In this document: in pieces, positions 14,144 through 26,983 of the stretch
Numbering within the stretch: the stretch's first letter is position 1
Layout of the letters: each line of letters starts with the position of its first letter
NCBI GenBank assembly: GCA_964016885.1
Contig: OZ024743.1
Span: 195,300,001-195,364,000, forward strand
Reading direction: 5' to 3'
Source of the DNA: Eledone cirrhosa
Lineage: Eukaryota
DNA: 64,000 nt
The notes under the pieces: generated by a model
What the model was told of the DNA's origin: nothing
The model's input: only the letters and a program-made list of their open reading frames with translations
The model's database searches: none
Program-made: the position numbers and the translations under genes

Positions 14144-14185
14144 ATAATAATAATAATAATAATTATTATTATTGTTATTGTTATT

Positions 14186-16880
14186 CCTTGAATCTCAGTC
14201 ATTGATGTTGGTTAACTGGAAAGTCCGTTGGATTGAATATCAAGCCACTACCTGCAGCCTCAGATATTCAGGACGTATCGGAGGGTTCTTGCTGTTCCAA
14301 GCAAGCATGCCTTTTGAAGCGTTCCAAAAAGCGTGAAGGGGCCGATTTTCTTTAACCATCCCTGGAAACTTTTGGAGATAGTCCCCAGTGCGCCTATGAC
14401 AATCGGGATCACTTTGACTTCATGGCAGTTCCAGATCCTTTTCACCTCCCACTTTAGGTCCTGGTATCGGTTAATTTTCTCCCTCTCCTTCTCTTGCACT
14501 CTCGTGTCGAACGGGCAGGCCACATCCACAATCAGACACGATCTTTTTTCTTTGTCCACAACCACCAGGTCAGGTCTATTGTGTTCCAGTTTCTTGTCCG
14601 TCTGTATCCTAAAATCCCACAGCACCTTCACCTGATTGTTCTCCATCACCGCCTCTGGCCTATGCTCATACCATTTCTCAGAATGTGGTAAATTGTTTAC
14701 TTTGCACAGGTGCCAGTGGATCACCCTGCCCATCACATCGTGTCTCCAGCCCTTATAGTGGGTCTGGGCTAGGTGTTTACACTCGGACACAATGTGAGCC
14801 ACAGTCTCCTCTCTCTCTCCACAGATCCTGCACAGTGGGCTAGCCTCCTCCTTGTAGATATGGTGCTTCAACCACTTCGTTTTGAGGGCCTGCTCCTGCG
14901 CATCCATTAGCATTCCTTCTTTAGCCTTTTTGAGGTCTCCTCTTCTCAACCAGTTCCATGTCTGTGGATCTCTAAATTCAGTTTTCTCAAAGAAGGTACT
15001 ATGAAGGGATTTTTCCTTAAGGCTGCTCTTCCTCCTTGATGTTATTTCCTCCTTGGACATCCCCTGGCCTACTGTCCCCTCCTTCAGTACAGTTCTGAGC
15101 ATTGGCTCCTTACTATAGGTCACGTATTTGTATAGGTTGTTTTTCTCCATCTGAACACAGTCCTCTATGCTGATAAGACCTCTTCCACCCTCAGATCTCC
15201 TTAGGTAGAGTCTATCGACATCACTCCTCTTGTGGAACATGTTGTAGATAGTCAATAGCTTCCTAGTCTTCCTATCTATTTCTTTTTGTTCAGCAACATT
15301 CCATCTCAGAATTCCCGCACTGTACCTAATAATAGACACAGCTCGGGAATTTACTGCGCTTATGGCATTTCTGCTGTTCAGATGTGACTTCAATACGCTC
15401 CTTACTCTCCGAATGTATTCAGTTCTTCACAATTCCTTCATTTTTTTGTTCTTTATGCCATCAGCCTCCAGAACGCCCAAATACTTGTATCCTTCCCCAG
15501 AGTCAATTTCCTTTATCATCTCACCTGTTGGTATCTGGATCCCGTTACTTCTGCTCAACCTACCCCTCTTCATCACAACGACTCCACATTTACCAATACC
15601 AAACTGCATACATATATCACTGCTGAAAATACGGACAGTGTCAACAAGCACATCCAACTCCTTCTCACTTTTCCCGAAGAGCTTAAGATCGTCCATGAAG
15701 AGGAGGTGATTGATGGTAAGCTCTCCCCTTCCCAACTTGTATCCTGCTCTCACTTTTCGCAGCATAATGGTCAAGGGCATCAGGGCAAGGACAAACAACA
15801 GAGGGGACAGGCTATCTCCCTGGAAGATACCTCTCTTGATCTTCACGCTTCCCAAGGATACTCCAGTTGATGTCAACTCTGTCTCCCAGGACCCCATACT
15901 CCTGCATAGCAACTGTCTGATGTTATCTGCCACCCTGAAGATCTCCAGGCTTTTGGTGATCCAGGAATGAGGCACCATGTCAAATGCCTTTCTGTAGTCT
16001 ATCCATCCCATGGCAAGATCAGTGTGTCTCCTCCTGCAATTCCCAATTACCATCTTATCAATAAGTAACTGGTCCTTTGTACCACGTGACTTCTTTCGGC
16101 ATCCTATCTGTTCGTTCGGTAACAAGTCGTTTGTGTGGAGGTGATGGTAGATTTCCTCAGACACAATGCTCGTCAACAGTTTCCACATTACGGACAGACA
16201 TGTGATAGGTCTATAGTTGGTAACATCAATACTCTTGATTCGGTCTTTCATTATCAGAACTGTGGTACCTTTTGTCAACCACTCTGGCACCTCACCCGAC
16301 ACCAAGCAGTCATTGAACATGGCCGTCAGCTTCGGGTGGAGGGATGTTAAATGTTTAATCCAATACCCCTGCACACCATCTGGGCCTGGTGATTTCCAGT
16401 TGGTTAGTTTTTTGGCCTGCCCCTTAAGAGTTTCAACTGTGATACTCAAATCAGTTTGTTGTTGTGCCTGCTCACCGATCTCCCTCTGTACTGTCTCAAT
16501 CCACCCTGCCTGGGCATTGTGTCTAACATCCTGCTCCCATATTCCTCTCCAGAATGTTTTAGTTTGCTCCGCCCCAGGGATCAAGTCGTTGCCTCTTTCT
16601 TTCCCCTCAAGCTGTCCAAACAGCATCTTCTGGTTGTTGTCGAACATGCGGTTCTGTTTATACTGACTGACTCTGTTCTCGTATCGCCTGATTTTTGCAC
16701 TCTTTGCTACAATGCGTTGCTTCAGTTCCTCTATGATAATATTTAGCTTTTTCCTCCTAGTGTTGTATTTTATTTCCAGTCTATTTTTAGTGCCTATGTT
16801 TTTTAATGTCCCATTCAGTAGTGACTCAAGCTTTCCTATGTCATTTCTCATTTCCCCGATTTGCCCACTCAGTCGCTTCT
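14186..16880 (-). mobile_element. R4/Dong-like family A copy A2 (tandem duplicate of A1, 2737-bp period)
   Basis: Same 5' truncation point, same spacer and same internal TGA stop as A1; ORFs 16851-15427 and 15393-14260. Confidence 0.95.
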
Positions 16881-16922
16881 ATAATAATAATAATAATAAT
16901 TATTATTATTGTTATTGTTATT

Positions 16923-17930
16923 CCTTGAATCTCAGTCATTGATGTTGGTTAACTGGAAAGTCCGTTGGATTGAATATCAAGCCACTACCTGCAGCCTCAG
17001 ATATTCAGGACGTATCGGAGGGTTCTTGCTGTTCCAAGCAAGCATGCCTTTTGAAGCGTTCCAAAAAGCGTGAAGGGGCCGATTTTCTTTAACCATCCCT
17101 GGAAACTTTTGGAGATAGTCCCCAGTGCGCCTATGACAATCGGGATCACTTTGACTTCATGGCAGTTCCAGATCCTTTTCACCTCCCACTTTAGGTCCTG
17201 GTATCGGTTAATTTTCTCCCTCTCCTTCTCTTGCACTCTCGTGTCGAACGGGCAGGCCACATCCACAATCAGACACGATCTTTTTTCTTTGTCCACAACC
17301 ACCAGGTCAGGTCTATTGTGTTCCAGTTTCTTGTCCGTCTGTATCCTAAAATCCCACAGCATCTTCACCTGATCGTTCTCCATCGCCGCCTCTGGCTTAT
17401 GCTCATACCATTTCTCAGAATATGGTAAATTGTTTACTTTGCCCAGGTGCCAGTGGATCACCCTGCCCATCACATCATGTCTCCAGCCCTTATAGTGGGT
17501 CTGGGCTAGGTGTTTACACTCGGACACAATGTGAGCCACAGTCTCCTCTCTCTCTCCACAGATCCTGCACAGTGGGCTAGCCTCCTCCTTGTAGATATGG
17601 TGCTTCAACCACTTCGTTTTGAGGGCCTGCTCCTGCGCAGCCATTAGCATTCCTTCTGTAGCCTTTTTGAGGTCTCCTCTTCTCAACCAGTTCCATGTCT
17701 GTGGATCTCTAAATTCAGTTTTCTCAAAGAAGGTACTATGAAGGGATTTTCCCTTAAGGCTGCTCTTCCTCCTTGATGTTATTTCCTCCTTGGACATCCC
17801 CTGGCCTACTGTCCCCTCCTTCAGTACAGTTCTGAGCATTGGCTCCTTACTATAGGTCACGTATTTGTATAGGTTGTTTTTCTCCATCTGAACACAGTCC
17901 TCTATGCTGATAAGACCTCTTCCACCCTCA
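16923..17930 (-). mobile_element. R4/Dong-like family A copy A3, 5'-truncated (~1 kb)
   Basis: Intact C-terminal zinc knuckle/RLE frame ending LRYVLNI; (TAA)n on both sides. Confidence 0.95.
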
Positions 17931-17966
<36 letters not shown>

Positions 17967-17978
17967 GTTATTGTTATT

Positions 17979-20900
17979 CCTTGAATCTCAGTCATTGATG
18001 TTGGTTAACTGGAAAGTCCGTTGGATTGAATATCAAGCCACTACCTGCAGCCTCAGATATTCAGGACGTATCGGAGGGTTCTTGCCGTTCCAAGCAAGCA
18101 TGCCTTTTGAAGCGTTCCAAAAAGCGTGAAGGGGCCGATTTTCTTTAACCATCCATGGAAACCTTTGGAGATAGTCCCCAGTGCGCCTATGACAATCGGG
18201 ATCACTTTGACTTCATGGCATTCCAAATCCTTTTCACCTCCCACTTTAGGTCCTGGTATCGGTTAATTTTCTCCCTCTCCTTCTCTTGCACTCTCGTGTC
18301 GAACGGGCAGGCCACATCCACAATCAGGCACGATCTTTTTTCTTTGTCCACAACCACCAGGTCAGGTCTATTGTGTTCCAGTTTTTTGTCCGTCTGTATC
18401 CTAAAATCCCACAGCACCTTCACCTGACTGTTCTCCATCACCGCCTCTGGCCTATGCTCATACCATTTCTCAGAATGTGGTAGATTGTTTACTTTGCACA
18501 GGTGCCAGTGGATCACCCTGCCCATTACATCGTGTCTCCAGCCCTTATAGTGGGTCTGGGCTAGGTGTTTACACTCGGACACAATGTGAGCCACAGTCTC
18601 CTCTCTCTCTCCACAGATCCTGCACAGTGGGCTAGCCTCCTCCTTGTAGATATGGTGCTTCAACCACTTCGTTTTGAGGGCCTGCTCCTGCGCAGCCATT
18701 AGCATTCCTTCTGTAGCCTTTTTGAGGTCTCCTCTTCTCAACCAGTTCCATGTCTGTGGATCTCTAAATTCAGTTTTCTCAAAGAAGGTACTATGGAGGG
18801 ATTTTCCCTTAAGGCTGCTCTTCCTCCTTGATGTTATTTCCTCCTTGGGTATACCCTGGCCTACTGTCCCCTCCTTCAGTACAGCTCTGAGCATTGGCTC
18901 CTTACTATAGGTCACGTATTTGTATAGGTTGTTTTTCTCCATCTGAACACAGTCCTCTATGCTGATAAGACCTCTTCCACCCTCAGATCTCCTTAGGTAG
19001 AGTCTATCGACATCACTCCTCTTGTGGAACATGTTGTAGATAGTCAATAGCTTCCTAGTCTTCCTATCCATTTCTTTTTGTTCAGCAACATTCCATCTCA
19101 GAATTCCCGCACTGTACCTAATAATAGACACAGCTCGGGAATTTACTGCGCTTATGGCATTTCTGCTGTTCAGATGTGACTTCAATACGCTCCTTACTCT
19201 CCGAATGTATTCAGTTCTTAACAATTCCTTCATTTTTTTGTTCTTTATGCCATCAGCCTCCAGAACGCCCAAATACTTGTATCCTTCCTCAGAGTCAATT
19301 TCCTTTATCATCTCACCTGTTGGTATCTGGATCCCGTTACTTCTGCTCAACCTACCCCTCCTCATCACAATGACTCCACATTTACCAATACCAAACTGCA
19401 TACATATATCACTGCTGAAAATACGGACAGTGTCAACAAGCACATCCAACTCCTTCTCACTTTTCCCGAAGAGCTTAAGATCGTCCATGAAGAGGAGGTG
19501 ATTGATGGTAAGCTCTCCCCTTCCCAACTTGTATCCTGCTCTCACTTTTCGCAGCATAATGGTCAAGGGCATCAGGGCAAGGACAAACAACAGAGGGGAC
19601 AGGCTATCTCCCTGGAAGATACCTCTCTTGATCTTCACGCTTCCCAAGGATACTCCAGTTGATGTCAACTCTGTCTCCCAGGAGCCCATACTCCTGCCCA
19701 GCAACTGTCTGATGTTATCTGCCACCCTGAAGATCTCCAGGCTTTTGGTGATCCAGGAATGAGGCACCATGTCAAATGCCTTTCTGTAGTCTATCCATCC
19801 CATGGCAAGATCAGTGTGTCTCCTCCTGCAATTCCCCATTACCATCTTATCAATAAGCAACTGGTCCTTTGTACCACGTGACTTCTTTCGGCATCCTTTC
19901 TGTTCGTCCGGCAACAAGTTGTTTGTGTGGAGGTGATGGTAGATTTCCTCAGACACAATGCTCGTCAACAGTTTCCACATTACGGGCAGACATGTGATAG
20001 GTCTATAGTTGGTAACATCATTACCCTTGATTCGGTCTTTCATTATCAGAACTGTGGTACCTTTTGTCAACCACTCTGGCACCTCACCCGACACCAAGCA
20101 GTCATTGAACATGGCCGTCAGCTTCGGGTGGAGGGATGTTAAATGTTTAATCCAATACCCCTGCACACCATCTGGGCCTGGTGATTTCCAGTTGGTTAGT
20201 TTTTTGGCTTGCCCCTTAAGAGTTTCAACTGTGATACTCAAATCAGTCTGTTGCTGTGCCTGCTCACCGATCTCCCTCTGTACTGTCTCAATCCACCCTG
20301 CCTGGGCATTGTGTCTAACATCCTGCTCCCATATTCCTCTCCAGAATGTTTTAGCTTGTTCCGCCCCAGGGATCAAGTCGGTGCCTCTTTCTTTCCCCTC
20401 AAGCTGTCCAAACAGCATCTTCTGGTTGTTGTCGAACATGCGGTTCTGTTTATACTGACTGACTCTGTTCTCGTATCGCCTGATTTTGGCACTCTTTGCT
20501 ACAATGCGTTGCTTCAATTCCTCTATGATAATATTTAGCTTTTTACTCCTAGTTTTGTATTTTATTTCCAGTCTATTTTTAGTGCCTATGTTTTTTAGTG
20601 TCCCATTCAGTAGTGACTCAAGCTTTCCTATGTCATTTCTCATTTCCCCGATTTGCCCACTCAGTCGCTTCTTCCACCACGGCTCTGCTCTTTCTTGTCT
20701 GTTGTTTCCTCTCGCTTTTATACCAAGTAGTTTCCTCACCGTATTTGCTGTTGCTTTGAGGATATTGTTGCACTGGTGAAGACTCCTCGCCTCAAGGTAT
20801 GGGATGACTTTGTTTACCTTAGCTGTTGTTTCTTTTAACTTTTTCCTGTCTACAAATCTTAGGTTCATAGGTCTCCCACTATCATTGTTCAACTCATCTA

Positions 20901-21496
20901 CCACTAAATTTAGGATGTCAACTGAATCTTGTCCTAGCCCGTCAGCATTCATCTCCTCAGTGGCCGTATCTCTGTTCCAGGTATTATTTATCTCAGTATT
21001 CAGATCATTGTCTGCTTCGGGTGGTTCCTCCGCTCTCAGGACCTCCTCACCTTCATTTCCCGCCGGCTCGCTTGTCTGGCATACTACACCCGCCACCTCC
21101 AAGCCATTCTCTCTGCTCAGTTCCTCCAGTTCCAGCTCGCTTATCCACCCATTAGTTCTTATTACCCGAGCCTGCCCGGCCAATTTTTGTTCATCTAATT
21201 TAAATAAACCAATCTCGTTCCAGATGTTATGCATCCGTCTCCTGTAGCCCCTCTCCTTGGGGTTACTTTTCAGGTAGCATTGCATAACAGTTCTATTCAA
21301 TTCTTTCGTCCAGTTGGTTCTGGCCCCTTTCCTTCTTCTTCTTCCTCCAACATCAGCAGTATTTCGTTGACAGTCAGGTTCCTGCTGCTGAGCCAGGGGG
21401 CACCTGTTGGGTGAGAGTCTGTCACATGACGTTCTAGTCTCCATTTCACCGTTATTCGAACTGTTTATGTTCGATATTTAAACACTCTTATCGAGG

Positions 21497-21498
<2 letters not shown>
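17979..21498 (-). mobile_element. R4/Dong-like family A copy A4, near full-length coding region
   Basis: Begins ~55 nt upstream of the ATG, flanked by (TAA)n, and contains the whole ORF. Confidence 0.95.
18053..21444 (-). CDS. Single-ORF R4-clade protein (~1130 aa): Myb-like N-terminus, RT, CCHC knuckle, RLE; one 1-nt frameshift near 18219
   Basis: 1080-aa ORF with WTKELN..CYLKSNP..GYRRRM..W..EQKL N-terminus, NYRPITCL, WIDYRKAFD, QGDSLSP, FMDD, CxxC..H..C and RPD-D-EK..Y motifs. The last ~55 aa lie in another frame because one G is missing relative to the other copies. Confidence 0.9.
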
Positions 21499-21586
<88 letters not shown>

Positions 21587-21595
21587 ATTATTATT

Positions 21596-24500
21596 TGCAT
21601 TTATCTTGCTTTATGTTTATACGAGTTATCACCAAGTCACAACCAGTGACCTCAAGAGACAACAAGGTCCGCCATGTTCAAGAAAGAACATACATATTCA
21701 CACATGCATCCTTAGTGTTTAGACTTGTGATGTACTTATATTGACAGGATCTTCCTTAGTATATGGGCAGTTCCCATTAGTACTATCTTTTGTATTTCTC
21801 CTATACGTGGGTTTCCTGTGATTTGCGATAAGTAGTCGTTAGACCCCTTAGGTATCATTCCCAGAGCGCCTACAACCACTGGTATTGTTTTAGTTCTCAA
21901 TTTCCACATTTTTCCAATTTCTATCTCCAGGTCCTTATACTTGCTCAATTTTTCAAATGTTTTTATAGATACATTCTTGTCTATTGGAACAGACATATCA
22001 ATTAGCAGGCATACCCTCCTTTGAAAGTCCTTCAATATTATATCAGGTATATTTGCATCTATTTTTCGGTCTGTTTGGATGCTAAAGTTCCACAAGATTG
22101 AGATGTGATCTTTTTCAAGTATGGTAGGTGGTTGATGCTCCCACCAATTCTTTTGATGGGGCAGGTCAAAATGCTTACACATTATCCAATGTATGTATTG
22201 TGCAGCTCTGTCATGCCTGTTTAGGTATTCGGTTGGAGCTATAGGACTGAACATTGAAATTATATGGTCAATGGTCTCTGGTTGTTTTTTGCATACACGG
22301 CATAATGGGCTGCACCCTTTTTTTATTATGTTGGCTTGGTAATTTTTTGTTGGCAGACACTGATTTGTGCCGATATAATCAGTCCTTCAGTCTCCGATTT
22401 CAGTCCAGAGGATGCCAACCACTGATGGGTTAAAGTTTTGTCAACATCAGGATTGTTAGCTCGCTCTGGGTATTTTCCATACAGAGGCTTTTCTTGCCAT
22501 TTCTTAGCCAGTTTCTGTAGCAGTTCTTTCTTTGCAGTTACTTTTACCTGCTTTGCTTTTTCTGTGTTTTCCATTTCAGTAATAAATGGGACTTCTGAAA
22601 TTTGTAGTCCATTACTGTATCTTTGTGCATCTTTTGTAATGGAATATGATCTTTTGGTGCTTTCGTGTTTCAAAACGAGTTTGATCATCCAATCATGTGA
22701 TTCCCTTAGATATGTAGATAATCCAATTGTTGCAGTTTTCAACGCAATGTCTAACTGGATTAACCCACGTCCTCCTTCTTTCCTAAGGAGATATATTCTA
22801 TCTATATCTGCCTTAGGGTGATGCATTCTGTGCATGGTTAAGAATTTTCGAATTTTTGTATCGAGCCTACGGATCTCTGTGCTTGACCAGTTGATGACAT
22901 TGTAACTGTAGGTTACTACTGGTATGGCAAGCGTGTTTATGGCATCGATCCTATTCCTTGCATTCAATTCCGTTCTTAAGATTGCTCTTACTCTGCGGTA
23001 ACATTCCTTCCTTATCCTTTCCCTCATTGTCGAGTGCTTGATTCCGTCTCCTTCACAAACACCTAGATATTTGTAAGTTTTTTCTTGATCAAGTTCTCTT
23101 ATCACGTTCCCCCGATCAAGATTAATGTCTGAACTCTTCAGCAGCTTTCCTCTGGTGAGCGTTGCTTTGGCGCATTTATCTAGTCCAAACTCCGTGTTAA
23201 TGTCATCACTGAACTGCTTCACAGTGGATAATAGCCCTTGCAATTGTTCATCATTTTTTGCAAATAGTTTCAGGTCATCCATGTAGAACAGGTGATTAAT
23301 GGTTTTGTCATAGACTTTATATCCATGTTTTGTTTCATTGAGCATTTTACTTAATGGTATAAGTGCGATCCAGAATAAAAGCGGTGATAAAGAGTCACCC
23401 TGAAAAATTCCACAATTAATATTAACTTCTCCAGCTTCCAGTGATTTTGTTTCACTATTCAAAAGAAGTGTCGTTTTCCATGTCTTCATACTGAATGACA
23501 AAAACCTCCTGACAACGGGGGATACTTTGAAAATCTCTAAACATTTTTCAATCCAACTGTGTGGCAAACTATCAAATGCTTTTTTATAATCTATCCAAGC
23601 AATCGACAGATTTTTGTGTCTATTATGACAATCTTCCAGTATCATTTTGTTAACCAGAAGCTGATCCTTACAGCCATATGAGCCTCGTTTACACCCTTTC
23701 TGCTCAATAGGAAATAGGTCATTTGTTATCAGGTGGTCATATGTGTATTCAGTTAGGACTGATGTTAAAATTTTATACATTGTGGTCAAGCAAGTTATCG
23801 TTCTGTAATTTTTGGGATTGTTTGTCTCATCATTCTTCGGAAGCAGGAATGCAATGCCGTTAACTAGCCATGAAGGTATCTTTTCTGGCTCCTTAACTAT
23901 TTCATTGAGAAGTTGGGCTAACAGCTCATGAGACTCTGTGAAGGCATTTATCCAAAAGTTTTGTATTTTGTCTTTTCCTGGGGATTTCCATTTGCTAGTT
24001 TTTCTTAGAGCCAAGCGCAACTGTTCAACTGTTATATTTTCCCATGTCTGTTCTTCAAGTTGAGCTGTATCTGTCATTTGTCTGTCTATCCATGGGGCAT
24101 GTATGTTATGAACTTTTTCTTCGGCCCAGATCTTTTCCCAGAATTCTTGCACTTCCTCCTTGGGTGGTATTGATTTAGCAGTTATTGTTGTCTTACCAAT
24201 TTTTCTGTAGAAGTTTCTTTGGTTGTTTTTGAACATATTATTGTCCTTATAGAATCTAGATCGTTTTTCAAAGCGCCTTATACGAGCAGCTTTGGCCGAC
24301 ACTTTTTGCTTGATTATTTCTATCAGCATGTCTATGTCACATGTTGATTTTATACTGTACTTTTTTTTCAATTTTCTAAGTTTAGTTTGTTTAACATGTT
24401 CACCTACTTTATAGTTTGTTAAAATTTCTATGTCAGATCGGAGAAGGTTAAATTTGGCGATTGATGTTCTCTTGCCAAGTAGATTTCTTGTGGGAATTCC

Positions 24501-26506
24501 TTTGTTTTTTCATCTTCACTCCACATAAGTGAGTGGTGACTTTAGCCGATGCATAATAGAGATGATTTAAATCAGTAATGTTTAGTTTGTTTGTGATGAT
24601 AATGTTTTTGAGAATTATGTTAGTCTTGTGTATTATCTTTTGGTTCTGTTTGGAGTTCTGGATCTTAGGGAGGGTGTCTCGTTGCCCCATGTCAGATTCT
24701 TTCATTTTCATCCATTCGATCATAATTTCATCCTTCAAGTTGGCAAGTTCATTCTCATTCATTTCCTTATCATTTACGATCTCATTATTTTCATTTGAGT
24801 TTCATCCTGAGCATGCACTCCCTCCACTTTTCGATCCTTTCTTTAATTTGTTCTGTTGCCAGTGATTCCGCCCCAACCCTGGAATTCGAAGTGTTACAGT
24901 TTACCTCGTTTTCACTGACACATGTTTCATTTTCCCTTCGCTGACTTTGTGCTAATAGCTTGATCTGATCAATTTCTATATCAGTTAGTAACTTTTTCTT
25001 ACAATATTTCTTCGTATATTGGCTAGTTTGTTACTGTCAATATAGCCTCTGTTTTCGGGATGTTTCTTTTTCCAGTTGATATATGTCTGTTCTGTATTCG
25101 ATGTATTTGATGGGTAGTACATGGCAGTTATGAAAGCCTCAAGGACTTCTTTATTATCTTCCCTTGACCATTTTTCTCTCTTTAGATTTCTTGGTGGTGA
25201 GCATGGAGGGCCAACAGTAGGAGTATTCCGGTTATGGGAGGTCTCCAGCTCCGAAGTGATGGGAAGGTTTGAACCATTAGCTGATTTTTCGACCCCAGTC
25301 TGGTTCCTCTCTGAGCGACGCGGCCCTTTTTTACCCGGGTGACGGCCGATCCGGTATGAGATTTTATCATTAGACATTTACTTTATTTTTTCGCGTTTTA
25401 TCCTTATCCGCCAAGGGGTAATCATTTCGTGTTACCACTTCTAGAACGAGTGTCAACCAAGACTAGAGGGGTCGTTCTCCCCTAGAGACTCGGCTATTCC
25501 CCGCCGGCCGCCATCCCGGTATTTCTTGGTCACGGGGTTTTCTTTTTGTTGTTTTTTTTAAAATTGTTATTATCATGAGTGGTTCCTTAATGTGAGCATT
25601 GCGTGGCTTAAGAATGAAATTATTAATAATTGTCTCCACTCCAGGCACAAGGCCAGCAATCACCCAGTGCATTACAATAATATAATATACTTTTTGTTGT
25701 AGTTGGCTGTTATTGTTGTTGGCTATGTCGGTGGTGGTGCCGGGGCTTTTTATATTGTTGGTGAGGAAGGGGTGAGCCAGCAGTCCCATATTTGTTGATA
25801 TTGTCGTTTGGCCTTGGCCAGGTCACTAAGTCAATCTATTTATATCTTTTGCTAGCCTCTCCCTTGTCTAGTGATACCTTCCCCTTTCTCTCTCAAGTTA
25901 ACAGGGGAATAGTGGTGGTAGCATTGAAGGAGTGGTGGCGGCGGGGAGATGTGGGAGACAGTAGCGGCGGTATCGATACTGAGACAGTGGTGGTGGTGAT
26001 GTCGATACCGAGGCAGTGGTGGTGGTGACGTGATCGTATTACTGTAGTGATGGTGTTGTAGCGGTGGTAGCAATGAAAGAGTGGTGGCGGCGGTGATGGG
26101 ATAGTGGTGGTAATGATGGCAGTAGTGAGTGGTGGTGGTGAAATTGCCGTTACCTGGCTGTTGTGTTTAGTGTACACAGAGAGGTGATGGGGTAGGTGTT
26201 GTATCTAGTTTCTGGTGTTGTTTGGCTGTTCTATATAGCGTAGACAGAGGAGGGGGGGGGGTTCTTCTTCCATTTATAGCCATTTTCTTTTTTGAATATA
26301 CAATGTACAATACAAAGTTGAATATTTGAATATTTGAGCCTTATAACAATATATCTTGGGTCCGAATTTTTTGGGACTCAAGCGGGATGCTTTACGTAGC
26401 ATTTGTACTAAGAGTTGTTATTTCACAAATGATTTAAATATGTTAAAAATTCAAAACTTACGGGAGCGATTTCATGACCTTCCGTCACCTCGTGCGTCTT
26501 CTTCCC

Positions 26507-26507
<1 letters not shown>
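21596..26507 (-). mobile_element. R4/Dong-like family B copy B1, apparently full length, ORF broken (25377 to 21736)
   Basis: ORF pieces 25377-24985, 24762-24448, 24371-22326 (RT: WIDYKKAFD, QGDSLSP, FYMDDLKL) and 22254-21736 (RHD..HW..PD..D..EK..KY RLE). Protein is clearly divergent from family A; (TAA)n on both ends. Confidence 0.92.
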
Positions 26508-26564
<57 letters not shown>

Positions 26565-26714
26565 TATTATTATTGAATGCTATGGTTGACGGAGCGATTT
26601 CATGACCTTCCGTCACCTCGTGCGACTTCTTCCCTTATTATTATTATTATTATTGAATGCTATGGTTGACGGAGCGATTTCATGACCTTCCGTCACCTCG
26701 TGCGTCTTCTTCCC

Positions 26715-26767
<53 letters not shown>

Positions 26768-26787
26768 GAATGCTATGGTTGACGGAG
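26461..26787. repeat. Triplicated junction unit: ~47 bp + (TAT)n + ~21 bp
   Basis: GGAGCGATTTCATGACCTTCCGTCACCTCGTGCGTCTTCTTCCCT-(TAT)n-TGAATGCTATGGTTGAC occurs three times with different TAT lengths. Confidence 0.95.
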
Positions 26788-26983
26788 GCTCGGCTCTGTA
26801 AGGTATTGTAAATTTTGACCGCTATAACAATTGTAAATTGTTTAAAACTTTAACCAACTTGTAGACAAAAACACCCTCCTCCTCGTGAGAGGGGTCTTTC
26901 TGCCCGTTATTTAGCCCTTCGGGGTTAAATAACCGTTTATTGGGGTTTTGTGCCCAATATTCATTTTAAACAAAAAAAACAAC

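Noticed and set aside
12625-14205. Recurrent antisense ORFs over the Dong RT (e.g. MAFLLFRCDF..., MVTSILLIRS...)
   Set aside because: Shadow frames that recur only because the element is repeated.
26461-26787. CRISPR-like repeat-spacer appearance
   Set aside because: The 'spacers' are only (TAT)n of variable length; eukaryotic context and no cas genes.
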